Source of the DNA: Patescibacteria group bacterium
Lineage (GTDB): Bacteria > Patescibacteriota > Minisyncoccia > UBA6257 > 2-01-FULL-56-20
NCBI GenBank assembly: GCA_028865305.1
Contig: JAGWKM010000002.1
Location: 3,236 to 67,235 of the forward strand
Reading direction: 5' to 3'
DNA: 64,000 nucleotides
Shown here: one piece after another, positions 38,245-48,630 of the stretch
How the letters are laid out: every line of letters begins with the position of its first letter
Position numbering within the stretch: the first letter of the stretch is position 1
The notes under the pieces: generated by a model
The model's input: the letters and a program-made list of their open reading frames with translations, nothing else
Database searches by the model: none
Told to the model about the DNA's origin: nothing
Made by a program: the position numbers and the translations under genes

Positions 38245-40725
38245 ATGAAACCAAAATCACAACAATTTACATTGAAATTCGAGGAGGTTGGCATTAAGGA
38301 TGTGGGGCTCGTCGGCGGGAAGAACGCTTCGCTTGGGGAAATGATACGAACGTTAAAATCAAAAGGCGTGCCGGTGCCTTCCGGGTTTGTTGTCACGGCA
38401 GCGGCATACTTCCATTTTTTAAGGGAAACCGGTCTTGATACATTCATTAAAAAAACATTAAAAGACCTGGATACCAAAAATCTGAAAGAGCTCCATCGCT
38501 GCGGCTCGGCCATTCGGAACGCGATGATGCGGACGGATTTCCCGAAAGATCTCGAGGCGGAGATCGTACAATCCTACCGGACGCTTGAAAAGCGATACGG
38601 CAAAAGCGCCGATGTCGCCGTACGCTCCTCGGCGACCGCAGAAGACCTCCCGGGCGCAAGCTTTGCGGGAGAACAGGAAAGCTATCTCGGCATCCGCGGC
38701 CCGGAAGAGGTTCTGAAGGCCGTCCGCGCAACGATGGCCTCGCTCTTCACCGACCGCGCCATCTCCTACCGCGCCGACCGCGGCTTTGACCACTTCAAAA
38801 TCGCGCTCTCGGCCGGCGTGCAAAAAATGGTCCGCTCGGACCGCGCCTGCTCCGGCGTCATGTTCACCCTCGACACCGAATCCGGCTTCCCGCACGTCGT
38901 TTTGATCAACGGTTCGTGGGGCCTGGGCGAGATGATCGTGAAAGGCGAGGTTACTCCGGATGAATTTTTGGTTTGGAAAAAACCGTTTTCTAATTTAACG
39001 AAATTAGAAAATGCGCATTTGCCGATTATCGACAAGAAGCTGGGCGTTAAACTGCGCAAGATGGTTTACCATCACGGCTCGGCCATTGAACAGACAAAAA
39101 TCGTGCCGACAACCGAAGCCGAACGGACTACGTTCGTCCTCACCGACAAAGAAGTGCAACAGCTCGCGCGCTGGGGAACCATCATCGAAAAGCATTACAC
39201 CGACCATTATAAAAAGTGGACGCCGATGGACATGGAATGGGCAAAGGACGGCGTGAGCGGCGAACTGTTCATCGTACAGGCCCGACCGGAAACGATCCAT
39301 GCCGGACGCGATTTTTCCAAAATCAAGGAATACCAGCTGCTCGATGCCGGCGGCCGGGAGCCCGCCCTTGCGGGCGCCGCGGTGGGATCCAAGATCGCCA
39401 ACGGCAAGGCGCATATCATCCTGGACGCGAAGCATATCGGCGATTTCAAGAAGGGCGAAATACTCGTGACCACCATGACCGATCCCGACTGGGAACCGAT
39501 CATGAAAATCGCTTCGGCCATCGTGACCGATAAAGGCGGCCGCACGAGCCATGCTGCCATCGTAAGCCGCGAGCTCGGCATCCCGGCGGTTGTCGGCACG
39601 GAGAAAGCGACGAAAGAGCTGGGGACCGGCGATCCGATTACCGTCGACACAACAGGGAGCGCCGGGAAGGTCTACCGCGGACTGCTGAAATTCAAAATCG
39701 TCGAACACGACCTGAAAAAGATCCCGCATCCGAAGACGAAAGTGATGGTGAATGTCGCCATTCCGGACAGTGCATTTGAAACTTCCTTCCTGCCGACGGC
39801 GGGCGTGGGCCTTGCGCGCGAGGAATTCATCATTGCCTCGAAAATGGGACTGCATCCGATGGCGCTTTTGGACATGGAGAAAGGAGAAAGGAGAAAGGAG
39901 AAAGGGTTCGCCCAGATCAGCGAAGCGATAAAAAAGAAGATGATGGGCTGGCATGACCCGAAACAATATTACATCGACAATCTGGCGTTTGGCATCGCGA
40001 AGATCGGCGCGGCTTTTTATCCCAACCGCGTCATCGTCCGCTTCTCCGATTTCAAATCGAACGAATACCGAACCCTGCTCGGCGGCGACCCGCACGAACC
40101 GAAGGAAGAGAATCCGATGATCGGCTGGCGCGGCGCTTCGCGGTATTATGACCCGAAGTTCAAGCCAGCGTTCATGCTTGAGGTGGCGGCGATCAAAAAA
40201 GTGCGTGAGGAAATCGGGCTTCAAAACGTGATCCCCATGGTGCCGTTCTGCCGGACTACGGAAGAAGGCATGAAGGTGCAGGAGGCAATGGCCGAAGCGG
40301 GAGTATATACCAATTTCACGGGGAAAAAAGGAAAGGAAATCACGCCGATTTACGTGATGTGCGAAATCCCTTCTAATGTCTTACTGGCAGACGAATTCCT
40401 CGACATTTTTGACGGCATGTCGATCGGCTCAAACGACCTCACGCAGCTTACGCTCGGCCTGGACCGTGACTCAGGCATCGTAAGCCGTGTTGCAAACGAG
40501 AATAATGAGGCAGTCAAAAAATTGGTCGGCGACGTTATCGCGAAATGCCGCGCCCGGAAAAAATACATCGGCATCTGCGGCCAGGCGCCGTCGGATTATC
40601 CCGATTTCGCCACTTTCCTTGTTGAAAAGGGCATCGAAAGCATCTCGCTGAATCCGGATACCGTCGTCCGGACGACGGTGGCAATTGCAAAAAAGGAACT
40701 GGAATTGAAACGGCGGAAAAAGTGA
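38245..40725 (+). CDS. ppsA: Phosphoenolpyruvate synthase
   Basis: VGGKNASLGEM, VRSSATAED, GGRTSHAAIVSRE, SIGSNDLTQ, GICGQAPSD. Confidence 0.97.
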   Translation: MKPKSQQFTLKFEEVGIKDVGLVGGKNASLGEMIRTLKSKGVPVPSGFVVTAAAYFHFLRETGLDTFIKKTLKDLDTKNLKELHRCGSAIRNAMMRTDFPKDLEAEIVQSYRTLEKRYGKSADVAVRSSATAEDLPGASFAGEQESYLGIRGPEEVLKAVRATMASLFTDRAISYRADRGFDHFKIALSAGVQKMVRSDRACSGVMFTLDTESGFPHVVLINGSWGLGEMIVKGEVTPDEFLVWKKPFSNLTKLENAHLPIIDKKLGVKLRKMVYHHGSAIEQTKIVPTTEAERTTFVLTDKEVQQLARWGTIIEKHYTDHYKKWTPMDMEWAKDGVSGELFIVQARPETIHAGRDFSKIKEYQLLDAGGREPALAGAAVGSKIANGKAHIILDAKHIGDFKKGEILVTTMTDPDWEPIMKIASAIVTDKGGRTSHAAIVSRELGIPAVVGTEKATKELGTGDPITVDTTGSAGKVYRGLLKFKIVEHDLKKIPHPKTKVMVNVAIPDSAFETSFLPTAGVGLAREEFIIASKMGLHPMALLDMEKGERRKEKGFAQISEAIKKKMMGWHDPKQYYIDNLAFGIAKIGAAFYPNRVIVRFSDFKSNEYRTLLGGDPHEPKEENPMIGWRGASRYYDPKFKPAFMLEVAAIKKVREEIGLQNVIPMVPFCRTTEEGMKVQEAMAEAGVYTNFTGKKGKEITPIYVMCEIPSNVLLADEFLDIFDGMSIGSNDLTQLTLGLDRDSGIVSRVANENNEAVKKLVGDVIAKCRARKKYIGICGQAPSDYPDFATFLVEKGIESISLNPDTVVRTTVAIAKKELELKRRKK

Positions 40726-40731
40726 CCTATT

Positions 40732-41790
40732 ATGGAGGTTGGCATGCCCACCTCCAACGAAGGACATTCCCCCCGTCGGCAATTCGACATCTTCAGCTCG
40801 GCGCGCCTGAAGATCATCCTCCTCTTCCTCATCATGGGCGCCGCGGTCGTCGCCGTTGCGGAATATTTTTTGTACGGACCGATTCTCACGGTTATCGGTG
40901 GCGTCTTCCGCGCGGTGCAGGCTCTTTTGGCACAGCAGAAGCCCATTACGACGGGCATCGTCCAGATTCTCGTATTACAAGCCATCGGCGGCGAGATACA
41001 AAAGCTGGACTGGAGGATCCTCGTTGCCGCGATTGCCGCCCTTTTCCTTTTGGCATATTTCCTTGCCGGGATCACGCTGGAACCGATCCGCCGCATCCTG
41101 AACCGGCAACGGCGGTTTGCATCGCACGTTTCGCATGAGTTGCGGACGCCGCTATCGGTCATGAAAACCAATTCGGAAGCGGCGTTCCTCGGCGATGCGC
41201 CGCCAAACCGGCCCGAGCTTATCGATATTCTCCAAAGCACGCTCGAAGAAACTGACCGCATGACGGAAGTAATCGAATTCTTCTTCGCTTCTTCCGCCTG
41301 GAATGACCGCCGGCAATTCGAACTTTCACCGATTGACCTTGGAGCCATCGTACGCAAAACCGCAAAATTTATGAAAGTGAAAGCCATCGAACGCGGATTA
41401 AACCTCATCGGCCCGGCGGAGGAAGTTTTTGTTTCCATATCCGGCAACAACGTCCTCCTCGAAGGCATGCTCATCAACCTTTTGAAAAATGCGATTGCCT
41501 ATACTCCGTCCGGCGGCTCGATCCAAATGATCATCACGGTCGGTCGGCAGCACGCCACAGTTTCCGTATCGGATACCGGCATTGGCATCCCTGAAAAAGA
41601 CCTGCCGAACATCTTTAAGGCCTTTTACCGCGGAGAAAATGCCTTCAGCCAACAGACGAAACGCAAAGGCAGCGGCATCGGACTCACTATCGTAAAGGAA
41701 ATAGCCGACCTGCACCATGCAAAAATAGAGGTCACAAGCGAACTCGGCAAAGGAACCGCCATTTCCATCATTTTCCCCCGGATTTCATGA
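40732..41790 (+). CDS. Sensor histidine kinase (2 TM, orphan)
   Basis: SHELRTPL, NLLKNA, DTGIGI, FYRG, GIGL. Confidence 0.9.
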   Translation: MEVGMPTSNEGHSPRRQFDIFSSARLKIILLFLIMGAAVVAVAEYFLYGPILTVIGGVFRAVQALLAQQKPITTGIVQILVLQAIGGEIQKLDWRILVAAIAALFLLAYFLAGITLEPIRRILNRQRRFASHVSHELRTPLSVMKTNSEAAFLGDAPPNRPELIDILQSTLEETDRMTEVIEFFFASSAWNDRRQFELSPIDLGAIVRKTAKFMKVKAIERGLNLIGPAEEVFVSISGNNVLLEGMLINLLKNAIAYTPSGGSIQMIITVGRQHATVSVSDTGIGIPEKDLPNIFKAFYRGENAFSQQTKRKGSGIGLTIVKEIADLHHAKIEVTSELGKGTAISIIFPRIS

Positions 41791-41906
41791 AATTTGCAAT
41801 TTGAAAGGTTTTTTGCTCCAATGAACTTAGAAATTTAAAAATTCGGTTACCGCACCACGCCGAATTTGGCCCGCCACAATAAACCGAAAGCAAAGAAGGA
41901 GCGTTT

Positions 41907-42548
41907 ATGCCGTTTATTGTCGAAGTCGTAGCGGGACCGTCCGCCGGGAAGACGACATTGATCAGACGACTTGCACCACGGCTGCGACGCAGAGGCCTTC
42001 ATGTGCTCTGTCTCGGCAACCGAAACCGATCGGTGCGCGCCATCCGCGAAGAGATCCGCACCAGAGTAAAGCGTCTCCAGCTCCACAAGGAGTTTGCCGA
42101 AAGCGACGCAACCGCAATCCGGGAGCAATCAATTGGCTTCCGATGGATCCTCCTTGAATTGAACGCCCGAGCCCAGTCGGCGCACCAAGATATCATCCTC
42201 TTGGAACATGGAAAAAATTATACCTACGTGATAGAGGTATGGGGATCCGAGATCGAGGACTATGTCGTGGAAAGCGAGCTGGCCTGCGTTGCCGAGCCGG
42301 ATTTGGTCATCTATATCGAAGCTTCCCCTGAGGAACTGCGCCAGAGGCAATCCACGAAGCTGCTCTGGGACGAGGAAAAGGTGAAACGGATCTGCAGGGG
42401 CCTCGAAGAACAGAGAAGGAGTCTTGGCAAGCACTGGCTCCTTCTGAAGGGCGGCTCGCCCCGGTCGATGGCTGACTTCTGTATCCCGAAAATCCTGGAG
42501 CGGTATTGCGAAAAATGCGCAGGACGGGTCAGAAAGGCAGCAAACTGA
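41907..42548 (+). CDS. P-loop (deoxy)nucleoside monophosphate kinase-like protein
   Basis: GPSAGKTT Walker A, PDLVIYIEASPEELRQR. Confidence 0.65.
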   Translation: MPFIVEVVAGPSAGKTTLIRRLAPRLRRRGLHVLCLGNRNRSVRAIREEIRTRVKRLQLHKEFAESDATAIREQSIGFRWILLELNARAQSAHQDIILLEHGKNYTYVIEVWGSEIEDYVVESELACVAEPDLVIYIEASPEELRQRQSTKLLWDEEKVKRICRGLEEQRRSLGKHWLLLKGGSPRSMADFCIPKILERYCEKCAGRVRKAAN

Positions 42549-42710
42549 CTCTTTTTATCTCCCGAACCATTCGGGGGATTTTTTTATAAATCCTTATGCG
42601 AAGCGGATATTAATTTTTGCCCTTTTTATTTTCTAAGCGTTCACTCTCGACAAATTTGAAAAATGGCTCGCGCCGCTGTTCGCGTTTTTTCCCAACAAAG
42701 AAAAGCTGGG

Positions 42711-42863
42711 CTATCTTAACGGATTCCTTCCTTGGATAATGCGGATTAAAAACAGGATGATGGCCAAAATAAGCAGGATGTAAATAAACCACCCAATGGT
42801 GTAAACGCCGATGACGCCAAGGAACCAGAGTATTAAGAGGATGATGGCGATGGTTACCAACAT
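42711..42863 (-). CDS. Small membrane protein, lmo0937/DUF5670-like
   Basis: Not in the ORF track (50 aa): MLVTIAIILLILWFLGVIGVYTIGWFIYILLILAIILFLIRIIQGRNPLR. Confidence 0.85.
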   Translation of the reverse strand: MLVTIAIILLILWFLGVIGVYTIGWFIYILLILAIILFLIRIIQGRNPLR

Positions 42864-42972
42864 GTTTTTCATCATGCCCGAAAACAGATGAAATTAAAGT
42901 GAACGGAAACCGAGCTTCCGAAACGATTCAATTTAATGCTTTTTCTCATGGCCGCGATTTCTGGTTTGCCCA

Positions 42973-43470
42973 TCATTTCCCCAATATTTTCTTCCGATAG
43001 GTTCCCACGCCGAAAAAAGTAGCCAAGAGGAAAATCAGTGCCAAGAGCTGGAAAATCCAAAAAAGCAGGCTGAGTTGACTCGCGTGATATTCAAAGATCG
43101 CGGAATATTCGAAAAAGAGCATGCCGCCCGTCGCAATGATCATCGTGAAAGCCGCGCCATATTTTTCCTTTGACGGCGCGAGCCCCGCAACAAACGAAAC
43201 CGCCACGGCAAAAAGCGTCAAAAAAACGCCGAGGAAATAATGCAAAAACGGTAAAATGATGATCATTATAGCTGCAGCGAGCATAAGGAGAGATTGCTCC
43301 GTCAAAGCTCGCACGTTGCTTTCGTCCGCTTCCGCAAGCTCCTCTTTGGCTTTCTCCTCTATTTGCCTCGATTCATCCACTTTTTGTTCGATTTTCCGGA
43401 TAACGTCCTCTTCCAGCTGCTCGAGCTCTTTCGGCAGCCGGTCTTCGGCGTTATTGGTTGGCTCGGCCAT
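42973..43470 (-). CDS. Membrane protein with acidic coiled N-terminus
   Basis: MAEPTNN..., four TM helices. Confidence 0.7.
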   Translation of the reverse strand: MAEPTNNAEDRLPKELEQLEEDVIRKIEQKVDESRQIEEKAKEELAEADESNVRALTEQSLLMLAAAIMIIILPFLHYFLGVFLTLFAVAVSFVAGLAPSKEKYGAAFTMIIATGGMLFFEYSAIFEYHASQLSLLFWIFQLLALIFLLATFFGVGTYRKKILGK

Positions 43471-43590
43471 GCGGACATCATCGCGCAAAGGAGTGAAGGC
43501 AAAATGAAAGCCCACCCAAAATGTTTTTTTTAGTTCGGATGAAAATATTGAAAAAAACCGTTTGAATGCCTATAATAAGGAATCGAAGAT

Positions 43591-43662
43591 GGCGTCTCTA
43601 GCTTAATGGTAAAGCTCCGCTCTGTGGCAGCGGCAATACGGGTCCGATTCCCGTGAGACGCC
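43591..43662 (+). tRNA. tRNA-His(GTG)
   Basis: G-1 plus GCGTCTC/GAGACGC-C73, CCGCT-CTGTGGC-AGCGG; T-loop TCCGATT. Confidence 0.92.
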
Positions 43663-43760
43663 CTATTTTATCGTTTTATCCTTCGCGGCGGCGGATTGAT
43701 TCCGAAACGAACACTTCCTCTTCATCGAACATTTAACGGGTGGTTTGCTACAATTTATGA

Positions 43761-44411
43761 GTGGACAATCTGACGGCAAACGTGGCACTCCTCGCCGGCC
43801 AAAATCCGTTTTTGGCTTATTTTATTATCTATCTTGCGACTATTTTTCTTGGCAATATTTCGGCTTTTGTGAGCTTTTGGATTATCGCCCAGACGGGCCT
43901 TGGTATTCTCGGCTTTCCGGTTCTCGTGGGCGTCATTTTCCTGGCGGACTTCAGCGGCGACATGCTTTGGTATACGCTCGGCCTCAAATTGAGGAATACA
44001 AAATTCGGCGATTGGGCGAAACGGCATCTGCCCGGGCATCGGAAAGCAGAGCAGGTTCTAAAATATCATGGCAAATACTGGATCTATTTTTCCAAGTTCG
44101 TCTTCGGCTCCGCGCCGCCGGTTATTTTTTCGATCGGCTGGACCGGCATGCGGCTCCGCAACTTCATCAAAAATTCGATTTACTCCATTTTAATATGGTT
44201 GCCGATCCTGATCGGCTTGGCTTACGGCCTGGTCTCCGGACTTTCGCCGCTCCGCGCCGTTGATGATTTCAAAAAATTCGAGGGCAATTTCCTGATTGGC
44301 ATCGTGCTGTTTCTTTTCCTTAATTATGTCGTCGCGCGCGGGATCGCAAAGCTGCTCCGGAAATTGGCGAGAGACGGGGAACAAGAGGTGAATTTGACAA
44401 AAATAAAATAA
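43761..44411 (+). CDS. DedA/VTT family membrane protein
   Basis: GDMLWYTLG, SKFVFG pattern, TM helices. Confidence 0.8.
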   Translation: MDNLTANVALLAGQNPFLAYFIIYLATIFLGNISAFVSFWIIAQTGLGILGFPVLVGVIFLADFSGDMLWYTLGLKLRNTKFGDWAKRHLPGHRKAEQVLKYHGKYWIYFSKFVFGSAPPVIFSIGWTGMRLRNFIKNSIYSILIWLPILIGLAYGLVSGLSPLRAVDDFKKFEGNFLIGIVLFLFLNYVVARGIAKLLRKLARDGEQEVNLTKIK

Positions 44412-44464
44412 GGAGTATACTTGGAATTTAACTGATGGAGTCCGCGCCCGACGCGGATTTTTTC
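44394..44464 (+). promoter_or_regulatory. nusA promoter with a leader terminator/attenuator
   Basis: TTGACA-N16-TATACT, then GGAGTCCGCG-CCCGA-CGCGGATTTTTT before nusA; resembles rimP-nusA leader attenuators. Confidence 0.65.
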
Positions 44465-44526
44465 AGCTTTAAGGTCAAAAAAATAAATAAACTCTGAATT
44501 CCGGATTAAATCCGGGGCGCATAAAA

Positions 44527-45765
44527 ATGTTGAATATAAAAGAATTAACCAAGGCCGTAAAGCAGGTTGCGGAGGAAAAAGGGCTCGAGCCGGAGAAAAT
44601 AATGGAGGTCATTGAGTCGTCTATCGCGGCTGCCTACAAACGCGAATACGGCGAACGCGGCGAGGTGGTAAAATGCAAACTCGATGAAAAGACGGGCTCT
44701 TTGCAGTTTTGGCAAGTGAAAACGGTGGTGGATGAGACGACCGTTCGATTCGTAGAAGAAGGGGAGGAAGAAGCCGAAGCGGCAAAGAAGCCGGAAGCTG
44801 GAAGCTGGAAGCTGGAAGCTGCCGAAGAGGCCGACAAACTGCCGCGCTATAACGAGGAGCGACACATCCTGCTTGAAGATGCCGAGAAAATAAAATCCGA
44901 TGCCAAGGTTGGTGACGAATTGGCCTTTCCGCTTGAAACCCATGAGGATTTCGGCCGCATTGCCGCACAGACGGCAAAGCAGGTCATCTTACAGAAGCTG
45001 CGCGAATCGGAGCGCGATTCCATCTTGAGGGAATGGCACGGCAAGGAGGGCCAGATCGTGAGCGGGGCAGTGCAGCGGTTCGAACGCGGCAATATTTATG
45101 TTGACCTCGGCCGCACGATCGGCGTGATGTTCGCAAATGAATCCATTCCGAGCGAACACTACCGCGCCGGCGAACGGTTGCGCTTTTTGGTGTATGCCGT
45201 GCAGGAGGATACGCGCATGCCCGGCATCATACTCTCGCGCGCAAATCCCAGATTCGTAACCGAGCTTTTCAACACGGAGGTGCCGGAGCTTGCGGAAGGC
45301 GCCGTTGAGATCAAATCGATCGCGCGCGAACCGGGCAACCGCACGAAGGTTGCCGTGGCTTCGACCGTGGACGGCGTCGATCCGGTGGGCGCGCTCGTCG
45401 GCCAGCGCGGCACGCGCGTCAATGCGGTCACGAACGAACTCGGCAACGAAAAGATCGACATCGCCGAATGGTCCGAAGACCCCGAAATGTTTATCGCGAA
45501 TTCGCTCTCGCCGGCAAAAGTGGAACGCGTGGAAATTTTACCGCGCCGCGAAGCCCGGGCATTCGTGCCCGAGAGTCAATTGAGCTTAGCCATCGGCAAG
45601 GGCGGCCAGAACGTGCGCCTCGCGGCCAAGCTCACCGGCTGGAAAATAGACGTCCGCTCGCAATCAAACCCCGATGAAGCCGTCGAAGGCGCCTCCGCCG
45701 GGGAAGACGCGGAATCCGGCCAAATCCCACCACAGGATGATGAACGGGAAGATATCATCGCATAA
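44527..45765 (+). CDS. nusA: Transcription termination factor NusA
   Basis: FGRIAAQTAKQVI, AREPGNRTKVAV, SLAIGKGGQNVRLAAKLTGWKIDV. Confidence 0.98.
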   Translation: MLNIKELTKAVKQVAEEKGLEPEKIMEVIESSIAAAYKREYGERGEVVKCKLDEKTGSLQFWQVKTVVDETTVRFVEEGEEEAEAAKKPEAGSWKLEAAEEADKLPRYNEERHILLEDAEKIKSDAKVGDELAFPLETHEDFGRIAAQTAKQVILQKLRESERDSILREWHGKEGQIVSGAVQRFERGNIYVDLGRTIGVMFANESIPSEHYRAGERLRFLVYAVQEDTRMPGIILSRANPRFVTELFNTEVPELAEGAVEIKSIAREPGNRTKVAVASTVDGVDPVGALVGQRGTRVNAVTNELGNEKIDIAEWSEDPEMFIANSLSPAKVERVEILPRREARAFVPESQLSLAIGKGGQNVRLAAKLTGWKIDVRSQSNPDEAVEGASAGEDAESGQIPPQDDEREDIIA

Positions 45766-45768
45766 CAC

Positions 45769-45800
45769 AGCAAAATCCCTCCTCTGAGGGATTTTGCTTT
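45769..45800 (+). terminator. Intrinsic terminator
   Basis: AGCAAAATCCCTC-CTCT-GAGGGATTTTGCTTT. Confidence 0.8.
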
Positions 45801-45873
45801 ATTTTCCTTGCTTTTTCATGAATTCAGCAGTATTCTTTGAACATCATAAGGTCATATAAAATTAAAAAACACC

Positions 45874-47862
45874 ATGTCTCCCATATCCTTTGCAATCGCG
45901 AGCGGCATCATCTCGGTCCTCTTTGCTCTTTACTTCATTTATAAAATTTCGCGGTATCCGGCGGGCGACGAGAAAATGAACGAGATCGCGCACGCCATCC
46001 AGATCGGCGCGAAGGCGTTCCTCAACCGGCAATATAAGACCGTAGCGGCAGTCGCGGTCGTGGTTGCCATCATCATCGGGATTTTCCTGAATATCGCCAC
46101 GATGATCGGCTTCCTGGTCGGCGCATTCGCTTCGGCTCTCGCCGGCTACATCGGCATGAATATGTCGGTGCGCGCGAACGTGAAAACGGCGGAGGCGGCG
46201 AAATCCGGATTGAAAAAAGCGCTCGCGGTGGCGTTTGAAGGCGGTTCGGTTACCGGATTGCTCGTCGTCGGTTTGGCGCTTTTGTCGGTTTCGATTTTTT
46301 ACGCAATCACGAATGACGTGACCGCGCTCATCGGCCTCGGTTTCGGCGGCAGCTTGATCTCGATCTTCGCCCGGCTCGGCGGCGGCATTTTCACGAAAGG
46401 CGCGGATGTCGGCGCGGATCTCGTCGGCAAGGTGGAAGCGGGCATTCCGGAGGATGATCCGCGGAATCCGGCGGTTATCGCGGACAACGTTGGCGACAAT
46501 GTGGGCGACTGCGCCGGCATGGCGGCGGACCTTTTTGAAACCTATGCCGTAACCGCAGTCGCGGCCATGCTGCTCGGCTCATTAAGCTCGTCCAATCCCG
46601 CCATCATTGCTTTGCCGCTCATGATCGGCGGCGTGGCGGCCATCGCCTCCGCCATCGGCGTTTTCTTCGTACGGCTCGGCAAGAGCCAATCCATCATGGG
46701 TGCGCTTTATAAAGGATTGGTTGCCGCAAGCGTCTTGGCGCTGCTCGGTTTTGCCTGGCTTGCAAATGGCGCAGCCGCGGCAGGCCTCTTCGCTTTCGGC
46801 TCGCTCTTTTTCCCGATGCTCGTCGGCATTCTCGTTACCGCTTTCATTGTTTTGATCACCGAATATTACACCTCGAAAAAATTCCGCCCGGTGCGTTCCA
46901 TAGCGCAATCCTCTGAAACCGGCCACGGCACGAACATCATCACCGGCCTCTCGGTCGGCATGGAATCCACCGCGCTGCCGATCATAGCCATCGTCGCCGG
47001 CATCCTGGTTGCCTACTGGCTCTCCGGCCTCTACGGCATCGCGCTCGCCGTCATGAGCATGCTTGGCATGACGGGCATCATCGTTGCCATCGACGCTTTC
47101 GGCCCGATTACCGATAATGCGGGTGGCATTGCCGAAATGGCCGGACTGCCGGATCACGTCCGCGAAGTGACCGATGCCCTTGATGCGGTCGGCAACACGA
47201 CAAAAGCGGTGACAAAGGGCTATGCCATCGGCTCGGCCGGCCTGGCGGCAGTCGTACTTTTCTCTTCTTATGTCCAGGCGCTTTCGGCAAAAGCCGGCGG
47301 CTTGGCAATGGTATTCGATTTGAGCGATCCCCGCATCATCACCGGCCTTCTGCTCGGCGGCATGATCCCCTATCTTTTCGCTTCAATCTCAATGAAGGCG
47401 GTTGGCAAGGCCGCAGGGAGCGTGGTTATCGAAGTGCGGCGGCAATTCAAGGAAATGCCGGGCATCATGCAGGGAACCCAAAAACCGGATTACGCGCGTA
47501 GTATTGATATCGTGACTCGGGCAGCGATCAAAGAGATGGTCGTCCCGGCACTTCTGCCGGTCGTCCTGCCGATCGCGGTTGCCCTCCTGCTCGGCCCCTT
47601 GGCGCTCGGCGGCCTGCTCGTCGGTTCCATCGTCACCGGTATTTTCGTGGCAGTTTCAATGACTTCCGGCGGCGCGGCCTGGGATAATGCGAAGAAATAC
47701 ATCGAGGAAGGCAATCTTGGCGGCAAAGGCTCGGAAGCCCACAAAGCAGCTGTTACCGGGGATACGGTGGGCGATCCCTACAAAGATACTGCCGGCCCTG
47801 CGATCAACCCGGTCATCAAGATCATCAACATCATTGCGTTATTGCTGATACCTTTCTTATAA
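45874..47862 (+). CDS. hppA: Membrane-bound ion-translocating pyrophosphatase (probably K+-independent H+ type)
   Basis: [25 protein letters not shown] (Lys indicates K+-independent), [10 protein letters not shown]. Confidence 0.96.
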   Translation: MSPISFAIASGIISVLFALYFIYKISRYPAGDEKMNEIAHAIQIGAKAFLNRQYKTVAAVAVVVAIIIGIFLNIATMIGFLVGAFASALAGYIGMNMSVRANVKTAEAAKSGLKKALAVAFEGGSVTGLLVVGLALLSVSIFYAITNDVTALIGLGFGGSLISIFARLGGGIFTKGADVGADLVGKVEAGIPEDDPRNPAVIADNVGDNVGDCAGMAADLFETYAVTAVAAMLLGSLSSSNPAIIALPLMIGGVAAIASAIGVFFVRLGKSQSIMGALYKGLVAASVLALLGFAWLANGAAAAGLFAFGSLFFPMLVGILVTAFIVLITEYYTSKKFRPVRSIAQSSETGHGTNIITGLSVGMESTALPIIAIVAGILVAYWLSGLYGIALAVMSMLGMTGIIVAIDAFGPITDNAGGIAEMAGLPDHVREVTDALDAVGNTTKAVTKGYAIGSAGLAAVVLFSSYVQALSAKAGGLAMVFDLSDPRIITGLLLGGMIPYLFASISMKAVGKAAGSVVIEVRRQFKEMPGIMQGTQKPDYARSIDIVTRAAIKEMVVPALLPVVLPIAVALLLGPLALGGLLVGSIVTGIFVAVSMTSGGAAWDNAKKYIEEGNLGGKGSEAHKAAVTGDTVGDPYKDTAGPAINPVIKIINIIALLLIPFL

Positions 47863-47942
47863 TTTAATTCAGGAGTATGGAGAAAGAAGAATGGAGAATG
47901 GGTTGCCCTTTCTCCATTCTCCCTACTCCATTCTCCATCTCT

Positions 47943-48539
47943 ATGGACGAACACAACCAATATCTCATCCCGACCGTCATTGAAAAATCGACTTATGGCG
48001 AGCGGGCTTACGACATTTATTCGCGCCTGCTTAAAGAGCACATCATCTTCCTTGGCGGCCCGGTGACCGACACGCTGGCGAATATCGTTATCGCGCAATT
48101 GCTGTTCCTCGACGCCGAAGACAAAAAAAAGGACATTACGCTCTATATCAACAGTCCCGGCGGTTCAGTGACGGCCGGCATGGCAATCTATGACACGATG
48201 CAGTTCGTAAAAGCGGATGTTGCGACGATTTGCGTCGGCATGGCTGCTTCGATGGGCGCTTTCCTGCTTTCGGCGGGAGCGAAGGGGAAACGGTTCGCGT
48301 TGCCGAACTCGGAAATTTTGCTCCACCAGGTGGCGATCGAAGGTTTGGGCGGCCAGGCAACGGACATCGAAATTTCCGCGAAACATATCCTTGACATGAA
48401 GCAGCACCTGAACCAAATCCTCGCGAAACACACGAACCAGCCGCTCGCGAAGATCGAAAAAGATACGGACCGCGATTTTTGGCTCTCGGCAGAAGAAGCG
48501 AAAACGTACGGCGTGATCGACGAGATCATCAAAAAATAG
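47943..48539 (+). CDS. clpP: ATP-dependent Clp protease proteolytic subunit
   Basis: [30 protein letters not shown]. Confidence 0.98.
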   Translation: MDEHNQYLIPTVIEKSTYGERAYDIYSRLLKEHIIFLGGPVTDTLANIVIAQLLFLDAEDKKKDITLYINSPGGSVTAGMAIYDTMQFVKADVATICVGMAASMGAFLLSAGAKGKRFALPNSEILLHQVAIEGLGGQATDIEISAKHILDMKQHLNQILAKHTNQPLAKIEKDTDRDFWLSAEEAKTYGVIDEIIKK

Positions 48540-48630
48540 CAGGCAGCCAGCAATTATCGGTCGGCAGTTCAAAAGGGCGCCGAAAAAACGACGCTTTTTT
48601 GCTGGCTTTTTTCATGCTAGGATATCGGTA

